Source of the DNA: Marsupella aquatica
Lineage: Eukaryota > Plantae > Marchantiophyta
Direction of reading: 5' to 3'
Length of the DNA: 64,000 nt
Assembly (NCBI GenBank): GCA_973895155.1
Contig: OZ316896.1
Location: forward strand, 11,546,830 to 11,610,829
The notes under the pieces were generated by a model. That model saw nothing but the letters and a program-made list of their open reading frames with translations. It did no database searches and was not told the origin of the DNA. Positions 40,801 to 53,555 of this stretch are shown in pieces. The position numbers and the translations under genes are program-made. Position 1 is the stretch's first letter, and each line of letters starts with the position of its first letter.

Positions 40801-43598
40801 CTCCAAGGAATGGTCCGTCAGAATCCATTGTTGCATCCGAAGATGGGACAATGGTTGAGATAGGTTCTGGAACGAAAGGATCTTCATCGGATGCTGCTGG
40901 TTCTGAAGCAATTGCCATGGACGTGGACGACCTCGGGATCAGTCTACTTGCAAGTGTAGCAGCGAGTGAAATAAGAAGAACAGGGGCCAGTGAAAACACA
41001 CATGAGAGGAATCAGCCGGAGGTCCCTAAAACCGAACTAGGTACTCCCTCTCGAGTTCCTGATGCCTCAGCGTCACAACTGAAAGAATCTGTTCCAAGCC
41101 AACAGAATGCGAAGGAAGGAGACGGAAATGAGCAAATGGAAGCCAAAGTTTCTCAGGATGTCGTAGCGAAGGGCAGGGATGAATCAAATGCAGTGCCGGT
41201 TGGGGAAGGGAATGCTGGTCAGCCCGGTGAGAAAGACCTCAAGAAGGAAGGGCAACAAGTCCTTTTGTATCCGAATGGCGAGGTTGGAGCCAAAGATGGT
41301 GAGAAACGACACTTTGCGGCCCAGGATGGACACCCTATGTCAGAGACATCTATCAGCGGTGGAGCTACGAAACCCTCGCTGGACCGCAAAGTAGACGAAA
41401 GCCATGTTGGAGAAACCGAGACTGAATCTGCTGCATCGATTGCAGGATCGACGAAACCTTTCAGCAAAGACTTGAAAAGCTCGGGTAACGGAAGTGCCGA
41501 GGGTTCCACCATCAGTCACGATGGACACAATGTCATCACGCATGAGAGTCTAGATGAGAGAAATGTAGTAGGCCAGGGGAAAGGGGTGGAGTTGTGCAAT
41601 GGTTACGGTAGTCCCGCAAGTGAATTGAAAAACTCCCTCAATGCCGAATCCGCTGAAGGTGCAACCGAGAGAATGGATAGGAGCAGTGCTGTACGGTCTT
41701 CAGGTACTGGGGAAGGGGAGACAGATCTCTCTAGATGTGTGGGTGGTACTGGTGACAGGAATGTGTCAATTTCAGTCGCAGAGGCCGTGGAGGCTGCATA
41801 TGATGGAGCGCAAGAACTCAAGAGGAGAGCAATGGATATTCGGACTCTTGGAAGTTTCCCTTCATTTCAATCTTCTCAAATGTTGGGCCTTTCTAACGTG
41901 GCGTCATCCCCGAACTTATCAGCCGTTGTTGTCAAGCCTGCTCCACGCACTTTGCCAGCAGGTGAACCCACCACTCCAGAGCAAGCTACTGAAACCGCTG
42001 GACCAAGTGATGGAGTTGTTGGTGGGAGTGATGTTTCCGAAAGGCCAGATTTTGACTTGAATGAAGGGTTTTCTGTCGAAGAGTCTCCCCAAGATGACTC
42101 TACCACTTCTCCTATTGCTCCTGCTCCAGTTGTCGCTGCTTCTACTCCGGGACTATCAAGCCTTCTGACCGCCCCAATTGCAATTGTGACAGCAACCAAG
42201 GGAGGTTTTGTCTTGCCTGCAAGTCCTATGCGTTCTAAGTCAGAGCTTGGATGGAAAGGCTCAGCCGCAACGAGTGCTTTCCGTCCTGCAGAGCCACGTC
42301 GCACACCTGATAGGCAAGCATCAGCAGGTGACTGTTTGGCTCCTGAAGCGAGTACTGGATCAACAGCCAAGAAAGGAAGGCCTCCACTGGATCTTAATAT
42401 TGATCTAAATGTGAGTGATGACAGAAACTTTGAGGATGTCGGTATTGCAGGAGCTGGAGCAGCTTCGAGCCTCTCTTCTCAAGGTTCTGTAATTGGAATG
42501 GGCACCCAAGTTCCTCCGCCCTCTCTCTCTGTTTCTGGTATAACATTCCAGAGTGATTATGCTAGTTCCGGGCGCCCTCACCACCCAGGCGGTAATTCTT
42601 CTGCGGTGCGACCAATTCTGGACCTGAACATGCTCGACGAGAGTGAAGAGAGTGGGACTTTGTTAGACGCAGATGTAAGGGTTAGTCAACAGATCATGGC
42701 TCCCTCGGCGAAGAGTAATAACAGCTCCTCGTCACAATTGGCACGGCGGGTGAGTGTGGTGCGTGATTTTGACTTAAATGATGGACCTTCGGCTGACGAA
42801 GCCGTGACAGATGACCAACCAGTGTTACAACCTTTAACTTCACGCAATACAGGAGCTTCCATGATGCCCCCTGGCCCAGCACTAGGGAAAGGTCCAGAGG
42901 TTGTCCACTCATCATGGTTTGCTCCCAACAGTTCTTTCAAGCCTGCCATAAATGATTATTCCTCTCGGACTGAGTATCCATACTCCGTAGCCGCGGCGGC
43001 TGCTGCCCAGTCTTATTTGAGTGCAGGACCAGGTAGTAGTGCTCAGTTCAACACCGACATGTATAGAGCAAATGTAGCATTGTCAACTGCGCCACCAACG
43101 GCATACCCTTCAGGAAACCAGGGAGCTTACCATTATGGAGGATTTGCTGTCGCGAATGGGTTTCCCTTCTCAACTGGAGGGTCCTTTACCCCAAGCAACG
43201 TATCCCCTTATCTTGATTCGTCTGGATCTGTTAATTTTCCTGTACCGACATCTGGGACTGGGTCATCACACCTTCCAAGACCTCCTTACCTAGTGGGATT
43301 ATCAGGCGCGGGACCCCCTGACAATGGCAACAGTGGCTGGTCTGCCAGACCAAGCCTAGACTTGAATGCTGGCCCAGAACCTGCCGACGGTGATGGATCA
43401 AGGGAGGAGATGATGAGCTCTAGATCTGGTCCTCCTATGATGGGAGGGCAGCCTTCCTTAGATCAAATGCGTGTTTTTAGACAAGTTGTAAATGCTGCAG
43501 GACCACCTGTGACTGCACCTCCATTGAAGAGAAAGGAGCCGGAGAATGGGTGGGATATGAACAGAAGCAGTGGATTCAAACAACAGGCTTGGCGGTAG
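37900..43598 (+). CDS. SUO: SUO-like protein: BAH domain, TFIIS N-terminal domain and multiple EAR (DLN) motifs, ~1660 aa
   Basis: Exon 38098-38463 encodes the BAH domain (GRKLSVGDCALF..VNWLYRPADVKLAKG..AAPNEIFYSFHKDEI.AASLLHPCKVAF..FVCRRVYD..NKCLWWLTDRDY). It splices in phase 0 to exon 38982-43598 (EHQDEVDQLL..TFIIS-N LDDWLQEAHKGK..LDKLPVDL..HLRSHKN.EIQKKARKLV..WKKRV; ELGWKGSAATSAFRPAEPRR; DFDLN, LDLN; LKRKEPENGWD). The start exon, ATG TTA AAC AAG at 37900-37911, is tentative because its donor is weak. Confidence 0.93.
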
Positions 43599-44537
43599 AT
43601 AGTCCCACAGGCACAGTACCCTTAGGAATTGTGTACAGGCTTCTAAAGGAAGCATTATTCACAGATTTTTCGCCCTGGCGGCGTTTTTTTCATGAGTTCT
43701 TCTCGCGTTTCCCCAGAGGCCTGCTTTGTCTTCTGGCATTAACGGTGGACTATCCATCTTCATGCAGGTGTTGGGACCGATTCTAAGTCGCATCTCATCT
43801 AACACACCTATTGAGTTTCGTGGACATTACCATTGAGGAGAGTAGATGACGGTTTTAAAACATTGGGAGTTGATTTGAGATAATTCAGTGGGGTGTGCGT
43901 CCCTGGCATATTCTTGAAATGTTCTGGTGAATCTAGTAGTGTAGGCACATGTCTGAAGTCTCCACTTGGACATATTCTGCGCACATGCTACTTGTGCACC
44001 ACTGGTAGTTATGCTCTCGTCAGCGCCCATTCTCTGTACTGTAGTGTCAAGTTAGTCGATAGGTTCCTTCATTTGACGGGGGAGGTTCTCCCGAAGGCTG
44101 AGGACGAGCAGTGATACCCGGTGAGCCGAACTTCATGCTGGTCCCGAAGTTCTCTGCTCAAATCTTTAGTAGAGACGTTTTCTCCCTTTTTTCCCCACGG
44201 CAGAAGTGCTTGTGACAATCAAATCTTTGCATTTAAGTAGGCAAGATTGTTACTGAACTGAACTGAGACCAGTCATTACTAAATTTTATCCAGGACGAAC
44301 CTTAGTCTTTCCATAATGGTCTTCCTTGTACATATTGGATGCAGTACAAGGGCATCTTCACATCAAAAAGTTGTGACATGTCTTCCTTATTTTCATGACC
44401 CTGAACCCATTTGTGGTCTAAAGTGTTGGTGGATTTTTCCATATTTGACATGAGATGTCTGTGAAACCGTTTTCAGGACTTCCGCAGTTGACGTTTTGAA
44501 TCTCTTCAACAATTCTCTTCTCTAAACTAGGGACCGC

Positions 44538-44908
44538 GCTGTAGATCGTGGAGTGTCCTATGATCATTGTTCTCTGCATGTGAGAAACTGAGCGATTATA
44601 GAATTTGTTCAACAATTTTCTTCACAAAACTAGAGACACGACTGTAGATCGTGAGACCGGACAGTAGATCGTGGAGTGTCCTCTGATCATTGGCCCTTTG
44701 CAGCATGGAATTTGACTTGGCAATTAGATCGAGTATAATATGGATTGTCTCGAGCGTTACAGGAGCACTTTCTATGCGTAATCCTGTTGTCAAGACTTGC
44801 TTAAGACGTTTTTCTGTCGGCAAATGTGCAGGAATATCGGCAATAAGCCTGTTGTCAAGACTTGTTGAAGACGTTTTTCTGTCGGCAAATCTGCAGGAAT
44901 ATTGGCAA
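44538..44908. repeat. Cluster of short tandem duplications downstream of SUO
   Basis: ctgtagatcgtggagtgtcct..tgatcatt repeats at 44539-44691, plus a ~65 bp unit cctgttgtcaagacttg..agacgtttttctgtcggcaaat.tgcaggaatat.ggcaa x2 at 44783-44908. Confidence 0.8.
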
Positions 44909-45537
44909 AACTCCTATGAGGAGTTACAAAGAGTCCCCTTATGTTTTACCTGAACGTGAGATTTTTAAGACATTAAATTCTGGAGTTTTATAGTCTATCC
45001 TTCACCTGTGCGTACGAGAAATTGCTTTTTGGTATTTTTTGGCGAGATCTATAACTATGGTCCCAAACTCGTGCCGAAATTTTGGACAGGAGAAATTGAG
45101 AATCCCCAGGGTCCCTCGTGGGAATTAAGTTAGTGAAAAATAATCAAATAAAAAATGATGCCCAGTGCAAAAATGTGAATTGACACTCCCATGGATGAAG
45201 CTTTTTGAACCATGCAACCCCTCTGGGCCCCACATCTTTTACACCTACACTCAACCACACCTTTTTCATTTCCAAAAAGTTGTTTTCGAGTGCAACTTTG
45301 ATCTTCAAAATCACCTTTCTATTGAGCGGAATTGGTTTTTCTTGGGCTTGTCAAAAACACTTTAGAATATCTTTCCGATCAATCTAATATCTCTAGTGAG
45401 AATATCACTCAATGACTCCCTTTCTACACTTACTTTTTCAGAAAGTGTTGTAGCAGCTTACTTTGACATTGAATATCTCCCTCAAGACCAATGGAACCTT
45501 ATTTGCTTGGGTTTGCTAACAATGGCTTGAAAAGTTC

Positions 45538-45613
45538 TTTCCAACGAGACAAGAGAGTCAAATTTCATTGACAATTTCCAACGAGCCAAGAGAGTCAAAT
45601 TTCATTGACAATT
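45538..45613. repeat. 37 bp tandem duplication
   Basis: ttccaacgag(a/c)caagagagtcaaatttcattgacaatt x2. Confidence 0.85.
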
Positions 45614-46606
45614 GGGAGAACAAAAGTTTCCAAAGATGATTGTCTAATTTCTGTCACATTTCACTTGTGTGTAATCTATACTTTATGAGCAGAAATGGGG
45701 TTTTGGTGCAGTCCATCCAGGTTGCAGAAATCTATCTGGGCTTGAACTAAAACATGTACTAGTGGTAATTATATTAGTGCACATATATTTAAATAAAAAA
45801 CATTTGGTGCCCAGCTCAAAAACGTGATGTGCTGAAAAGAGTGAGCAGTGAAAATTTGCACTCAATTTAGTGACCTTGGGAGTAAATTGTCTCAAAAGAT
45901 ATTCACTCACTCTTGTGAAATGTGGAGTAAATTAACTGGAACATATGCACTCAGTTTTGAAATGGGGAGGAAAGCCTGAAAGCTTGAAAGGACATTAAAG
46001 TTAGAACACCACAACCTAAAAACTTTATGAGGCAAATTTCCTTGGGAAACAATTTTATCTGGAAATTAAATTTCAAACACCATAACCTGAAAAACTTACT
46101 TCATGTGAGATTAAATGACCCAGAAAACAACATCAACAAATGCGGAATATATTCAACCTGGTAAAAGACTAAATTCACCACACAATGTAGAGGCTGCTAT
46201 ATGGTGAATCCACTTTTCAGATTTTGTCTCATTCATATTTTGTGTCAAATATTTTGATTTTAATGTGCCTTAACAAGGTAAATTATTTGTATTAATCTGA
46301 TTTTGAATTAACTTTAGGACCCCTCTTAATTGTAGTGAACTTAGAGTATTTTGAATGTATTTGGCTCCACTCATCAAGGTTTAATCTTTCCTTTTCAATC
46401 ACTCCTTAGTGAATTCTCTTTTTTCTCATGAGAGTGTAAGAAATGAATTTGATCAATGTGAACATCTAGTGTATTAAATTCCCCTCATGGTTCACTTTGC
46501 AAAATTTATGGTTTTAATTGAATTGAATGTCATGACCTAGAAGCAAGTGAAAACCTGTACTGTAAGTGCACAACTCAACTCTTTAGTACCTTTGTACTTT
46601 CTTGGT

Positions 46607-46805
46607 CATAATGTGATTTTATGTGCATATATTTTACATGTCCCTACTTTAATGAATTACATATCACTAGAAGACAAAAAATAGACATGCTCCAAGATGA
46701 ACATGTTATAATGTGATTTTATGTACAAATTTTTACATGTCCCTACTTAAATGAATTACATATCACTAGAAGACAAAAAAATACATATTCCAGGATGAAT
46801 ATGCT
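46607..46805. repeat. ~100 bp tandem duplication
   Basis: ataatgtgattttatgt.ca...ttttacatgtccctactt.aatgaattacatatcactagaagacaaaaaata x2. Confidence 0.85.
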
Positions 46806-48227
46806 ATATCAAGAATTGGGGAGGTAATTCAATTTTCAGACAAGAGACCCTGCAATCCCTTATATGAGGCCAAATCAAGGGCCAAATGGAAACCAATCCT
46901 CTGTGTTGAAATTTTTTGCAAACAAATGTTTTGACTACCATCTTCGGCCATGACGCTCTATTTGAATTGTGAGCCAGGGGTGCTTGATTTGAATAGTGCA
47001 CAGGGGGACTTGTATTCAAATTTGACTATCTTTTTCCATTTTTTGTAATTGCATAGCGTTGTGGTAAAATATGGAGTTTATGTTAGAATTGTGGCTTTGT
47101 GTTCAAATAGTTACTAGCATTGTCATATGATCAAATAACTTGTATCTTTTCTATTTAATGTAGAACAGTCCAACTCAAACACAAACCACCAGGCGTTGTG
47201 TTAAATAGATGTTGCGTTAGAGCTCAAATATATCTTTTGTCACAGGACATAAAAAGTTACATTTTCAAACAAAACCCCACGGCCTGTGTTGGGAGGAAGA
47301 CTTAGGTAGAAATGAAATTCCAGGGAAAAAATACTTAGATAACTTATTGGTTGCTAGCATTTTTAACGGCGACCCGAAAAAGCCGAAGCTCACCTCTTGA
47401 AGGGGGAATTACGAGCGTGATCCTCAAGGATATCAACGATGTGAATGTTGTGAATTGAAAGCAAAATCTTGTTTTATGGAGACGATGAAGTCGTGATTAT
47501 TGCTTTTCCTGTACACAATTTCTGCAGTGTAACGGCTCCAGGATCAACATTCCTTGTCTAGCTTGTCCAGGCAGTAGACTAGCTCAAAATAAATTCTCAG
47601 AATGCAGAGATCTGCAGCTCTTGGTGGATGGGGAGAAACAGTGCTCACATGAATATCGCATTGTGAGAGAAGTCTCTAGAGTTCTGTTCCTGTGTACTTG
47701 TTCCTCATAGTAGTTCTTTCGGAGGAGGATCGAGAGGCGAACGCCATGAGTACGTGGGGTTTGAAGGAGCGCAGTGACTGCCTTGTTGGTACTGAAACGT
47801 GAATTGCTACAATCTTATCTTGTAGAGCGGTGACAATCCACAACCACGTTGCAAAAACTTGGGAGACATGGATGCGTTTTATGACCTCTGTCAGTCTTTC
47901 ACTTCGTTTCCATCGGCAAATGGATCCTGCTGGACTCTTGACGAATAGTCTGTTGTTGACTCAAACGGACCTACCCTCAAAATCTCTTGTAACTCGTATA
48001 TAAGCATTGCAGTGCAGCAAACCTTCCAATTATGGGTATTTATGGGTATAAAGTAGTCGAAGGCGACAGCGTGTAAATATGGAAAACGACTCGAAGACTG
48101 CATATTCTAGCTTTGACAGCAGTCTCAGGAGAATGCGGAGTGGGATTCAGTTGGAATCTCGCCGTGCCTTCCTCCTGTGGCTGCTCTTCCCCACTTCCCC
48201 AAAAATGTGGTTGGGAATCTGATTGAT

Positions 48228-48900
48228 TACCACCGACAACCGGTCAATTTCCCACCATGCTTTTGTCTCTCTTGAACGGAAATTTCTCCACCATGCTGTG
48301 GGTGGATACGAAGGCAGTAGTCTCCATCGCTCCCTGACCATTTCATCTCTCCTGGGTTGGCCGAGACGAAGAAACTGCGTATGGCTACACCCCTGATCAC
48401 ACATGTGTACCACTACCGGTCAATTTTCCACCATTCTGTGGGTGGATATGCCGGCAGTAGTCTCCATTACTCCCTGACCCCCCCATTTGCATCTTCTCCT
48501 GGGTTTGCCGACTACTACCGATCACACATGTGTACCACTACCGGTCAAACTTGCACCACTCGTTTGTCTTTCTTGAACGTAAATTTCTCCACCTTTCTGT
48601 GGGTGGATATATATAAAGGCAGTAGTCTCCATCACTCCCTGACCCCCATTTCCATTTCTCCCGGGATTGCCGAGAGGATGAAACTGGATACGACTACTAC
48701 TGATCACACATGTGTACCATTTTCCACCATTCTTTTGTCTCTCTTGAACGGAAATTTCTCCACCATTCTGTGGATAGATACGAAGGCAGTAGTCTCCACG
48801 GGAGTCTCCATCGCTGCCTGAACCCATTTCCACCTCCTGGGTTGGCCGAGAGGGTGAAACTGCGTATGACTACAACTGATCACACATGTGTACCACTGCG
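48228..48900. repeat. Four-copy degenerate tandem repeat (125-182 bp units)
   Basis: gatcacacatgtgtacca occurs at 48395, 48520, 48702 and 48878. Each copy is preceded by gtggat...ggcagtagtctcca and ctcc.gggtt.gccga. Confidence 0.85.
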
Positions 48901-51662
48901 CCATTGTCAATGTCCGAGTGGGAAGCTCAATGAAACTCCTTCCTATGGTACGGCAAAACGCGCAGATGTACCATGCATTGTGCGTGTGCCGAAACGAGAA
49001 TATTTTTTATCTATCACGAAGTCACATATAGATACGTTTTTAGGGTACATGACCATTAGAATTTATTTGGGCGTCTCAATCCTCGAGCCATACTGCAGTT
49101 TCACAACATGTGACAGTAACTATTCTGGTCAAGAGAATTTTTTTATTTTTGGTGCCCATCCTATGAAGATTCCTTGTGGCCATGTGCCCATCCTATGAAT
49201 ATTAATTATGGCTGTCTCGTATCATCCTATGAATATTCATTATGGCGATCTCGTATGAATGGCTGGTAACAAAAAAAAAAGAGTTTCACAGTCGAAATGC
49301 AAACAGGTCATCTGACACTAGCTACTCTGGTGAGGTGAAGTTTTTTATTTTTGTTTTAGTGTGCCCATCCTATGAAGATTCCGTATGAACATATCTGACA
49401 AAAAAGTTACAGAAACATAGTTCAAACTCCATAAAGGAAATTCATAAGTGTCTCTATTCTTCATAAATTTTAGCTGTATTAGACTCATTGGAAAGATATT
49501 TCAAATGAATCTAATAAGCCAAGAACAGCCAATGACTTTGCTGCATATCAAGGTCTTTGGGTTCACAAGCTCCGTTCATCCAGCCTTCCTATCGCAAATT
49601 CCATTTTCATGCTCTTATTCAAAGTAATGGCCCGACAGCCTTGCTGACATGTATTGCTCAAATTATCCTTTCATATTCAATACCACACTCATCATCGCTA
49701 TATAAGTCAATTTAGCAAACTGAACCTGAACTGGATTGAGAATTTGAGAGAATTGATTATCTGCAGAGGTACTGCAACGAGTGTAGTCATCACTGGAGGA
49801 AAAGGTGATAGCAAAGTAACCCCCTGAGCTCTCAAGACTTCATGTGACACTGAGCAGTACGAGATTTGCCTAATAGATTTCCTGACAGAAGCCAAATTCT
49901 ATGGTGTGATGGCTTCAGGCCTTTCCTTCTCCATTTAGTCTCTTGAACCGCCACTCTCCCTGAAGGAAAATTTGGTGGATCCACTTACCAAGATTAGCAA
50001 AAACTGTTCTTAACAAAGTAACTAAGTGGGCAAAAAGTGACTAAGAGTTGACCCATGGCTCCTGGGATGGTGGGGGTTTGGTTACTTACTATTTGAATGA
50101 GGGCCCACGGGTTATTTATAAGAAATCTCTAGTATTGAACCACCAATAGAGAAGCCACCTGACTGCAGACGATAGCTCATTTTTGTAGGTAATTGTTTAT
50201 GTTTTAATTGCATTTATGAGATTCTATTATTTGTACGTTCATCTATTAGAACTTTTAATGCAGGTCAAGGCTCACTTAATATTTTTCATGTTTTTCTTCC
50301 CTCCCTCGTAGACTCTACTATGGAGTCAAGTACCTACAACAGGTTTGGTCACGAGACCTTGTGTTAGTACTAATGGCCGCCCACAATTGGGCAACAGAAA
50401 TCCACAGGAATTGAAATGTGAACGAAGATTTTATATTCAAGTATGAATTCACGTCTAACTTTCATTATGTACATAAGTACATGCATACATCCTATGCGCT
50501 GTATGGGAGTAATGAAGTCGCCCCTACGATAGGACAGTTGTAAACAAGTCGGTGTAAAAGTAATTTGGCACAAAGTCTAAAGCTTGCCAAATTACATTGA
50601 CACAAGTTGCCTTTCGGTGATTGTTAGCATTAGTATATTTATTGTCAACTTTTAATTTATTGTTTAATTCACCTCAGTAAGACACAATAAGTTTTTTAAT
50701 TTCACTACAGGACAAAAAAATGAATCAGTTTTTGCATGAACATGGGCCATCCTGGACCATAATTATTGCTTTTATGTTATTGGCCTACCCATCCTTGCCT
50801 CACTAATTGAGTTCCAGGCTGGCCCATCCTGCCACCCAGTTAGTTGTTTTTTCTGAAGCATATTAAGAGGATATTCATTTTCTCTTAATGAGCTGAATAA
50901 AAAAAACACTTCTCCAAAGTGATCATAAATATGATTAAATTATTTTAACATGAAAAAATGATAAACATTCTAGCTGATAATCCAAGTCCTTTGTAACGAA
51001 AGCAATCAGTGTAAATATGCTAATTATTTAGAAGCATTATGTCTATTTACATATACTTTTTAATTTCAAATGGCCAGACAACAATCAGCACGCCCTCATA
51101 AATTAATTATCACTTAAAAATAGAGGATTCTGAGCAAGTTAGATAGATTAAATATAGAGCAGTGTTGAAAAGTATAGAGATCAATGCCTGTGATTGGATG
51201 GAAATAAACTTGCTTTCCAATTAAAAACAGATCTTGCGTTAACTTACGACCAATCGCGCTCAATCTGTGGTGAATGGAAATCTGCGCAATTCCCAATGAA
51301 GGACGAATCTGTAATATTTAACCACCGCTGGATGGCAATCTGCCCGAATGCCCAATTAAGGGGACATCTCGAATCTTGAACTGCCAATACAGGTCAGTAT
51401 GTGTAGATGGAAATCTACCAATACCAATTAAGGAGAGTTCTTAAGTATTAACTACCCATAATACAGGGTTCAAAACCTATTATACTACAGGCCGCGACGG
51501 GCTTTGTATACTATTAGTATGTGGTATATAGCATGGTCTAAGAAAATGTGAATTAAAAAATGTATTACATTGTCACTTTTTTAAAATACATAATTGAGAG
51601 GAGGCATTTCCTCATTGTTTTTGTTCTCATCTATTTTTTTCGAGTGTCTATGGCTATTTAGA

Positions 51663-52475
51663 ACCACGCGTTAAATCTACATTGCATTAATGCTCCCCGA
51701 TCTTCTTGGAACCCCGTACACCACCCGTCCCAGTCCCCGATGTTGCTGCCCGCTCCGACCGAGTTTGTCAGAACATAAACTAATACTCTAGCATTTTGTC
51801 AACTGTTCCGGCTCGAACAACTTTGTGTCGTCGACTTTTGAGTTTATGTTCTGGCACCCTTCACTTGCTTTCGCCCGCTCCGGCCCAAGTCCCCATTCAT
51901 TGTTGTTGCTTGCTCCGGCCCAAGTTTGCCATAACATAAACCAATACTCTATCATTAATCATGACTCTTATCCAAAGTACTGCCTGAACACTTAGACTTA
52001 TGAAACAAAGATGACTCCATTGGAAAGAAGTGCTGCCAAAACATGAATCACAACACCATAGAGAAGAAACATTTGGCAGAACAGTGACCAAGACTCTATC
52101 AATCATGATTTCTAACCAAAGTACTAGGCTGTACTTCAACACTTAGACTTTGTTACGAAGCAAGCACAACTCCCTAGCGGGGCATGACTTTGTTGGACAA
52201 AAATGTTGCCAGAACATAAAACACAACTCCACAAGGAAGAAATTGATGGCACAAAGTTGATAGGCCTGGAGCGAGCGACAAAAGGTGAAGGGTGCCAAAA
52301 CATAAACCTAAAGTCAATGGCACAATGTTAATCAGGGCGGAGCGGGTGAAAAAATGATAGAGTATTAGTTTATGTTCTGGCAAACTCGGGCAGGAGCAGG
52401 CAGCAACATCGGGGACGGGTAGTGGGCCCCAGGATGATCAGGGAGCAATCACACGGTGTAGATTTAACGCGCGGT
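51663..52475. mobile_element. Non-autonomous Mutator-like element, 813 bp, long TIRs, 9 bp TSD
   Basis: The ends are accacgcgttaaatctaca... and ...tgtagatttaacgcgcggt. The TIRs continue through gtccccgatgttgctgcc.gctcc..ccgagtttg.cagaacataaactaatactcta. The TSD ctatttaga lies at 51654-51662 and 52476-52484. Confidence 0.85.
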
Positions 52476-53254
52476 CTATTTAGAAGGCCCACTCTACTCA
52501 GTAGGGTATTAATTGTCATGGCTCCTTTGTAGGTTACCTCGTTGTCTTTGTTACTTAGTTTGCTTTTGGTTTGGGACTTGTTTTCTTGGGGCCCTTTCCC
52601 CTCTTTTCCTCTCCTTCATTGGGCTACCTTCCCGGTGGGATCATGTTTCCTGGTTGGGCAGTTTTTGCCCTTGGGTACTATGATATACATAATGCATGGT
52701 TGGTACTCTTTTGGAGTTGAAGCCTCTGGATGGCTTGATATGTTCTTTGTGAAATTCTCATGGATAAGTCAAACCTGGATTGACCAGATGAACAGACAAA
52801 ACATGTTTGAATATTGTTGTTTCACATTTTGTCTAAAAATATTCTGTCAATAACCAATCATCATTTTTGCCCAAAAAGTACCATGTCATTGGCCAGATCA
52901 GCATTTCCATCCAAAAGGTACCATGTCATTGGCTAGGTCACTAGTGACTGCGGTTCAGATCACACTCCATCCCTCAATTTTAGAGTTCAGTAAGAAAGGA
53001 AGATGAAATCTAAGGTACACACTTCGGTCTTTAAGAAGCTTATTGGCATCTATGGTATATAAAACTTTAAATAGATTGAGCTATTCATATTTTACTCATA
53101 ACACCTCAAGTTATTTACTCCACAATCAAAAACAAATTGAACTCAATTTTGATGAAGGCATTGAAATTTTTCTATAGGAACCTTGAAATTCTAGGGAAAT
53201 GATATTTTGCAAAGTGGTCATAGACTTAGGGGATGTTGATGCAGAACCCTATTT

Positions 53255-53555
53255 TCCAAGAGTGTTGCTCTTGTTGTAAGGAGGATTTTCTCAAATTTTG
53301 CCTGTTGCAAAGCTACCAAACAGTTTAATTCCAAGAGTGTTGTTTGCAGAAAAGAGCATGCTCTTGTTTCAAGTAGGGCTTTGGGCAATTTTGTCACACG
53401 GAGCTATCAGTTTTTTAGAGAGAGTTCCTCTTGTTAGAGTAGCACAGTTTTGAGTATTTTGTCATGGTAAAGCTACAACAATTTGCATTTTTTAGAGAAC
53501 GTCATTCCTGTTAGAAGGAGTGCTCTTAGTACTTTGTCAATGCGGAGCTAGTGGA
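53255..53555. repeat. Highly degenerate ~65-70 bp tandem repeat
   Basis: Recurring ttccaagagtgttg, ctcttgtt...attttgtca...agcta and ttttagaga blocks. Confidence 0.5.

Noticed and set aside
39317-42949. Multiple antisense and alternate-frame ORFs within SUO
   Set aside because: Shadow ORFs of a long coding exon, with no independent evidence.
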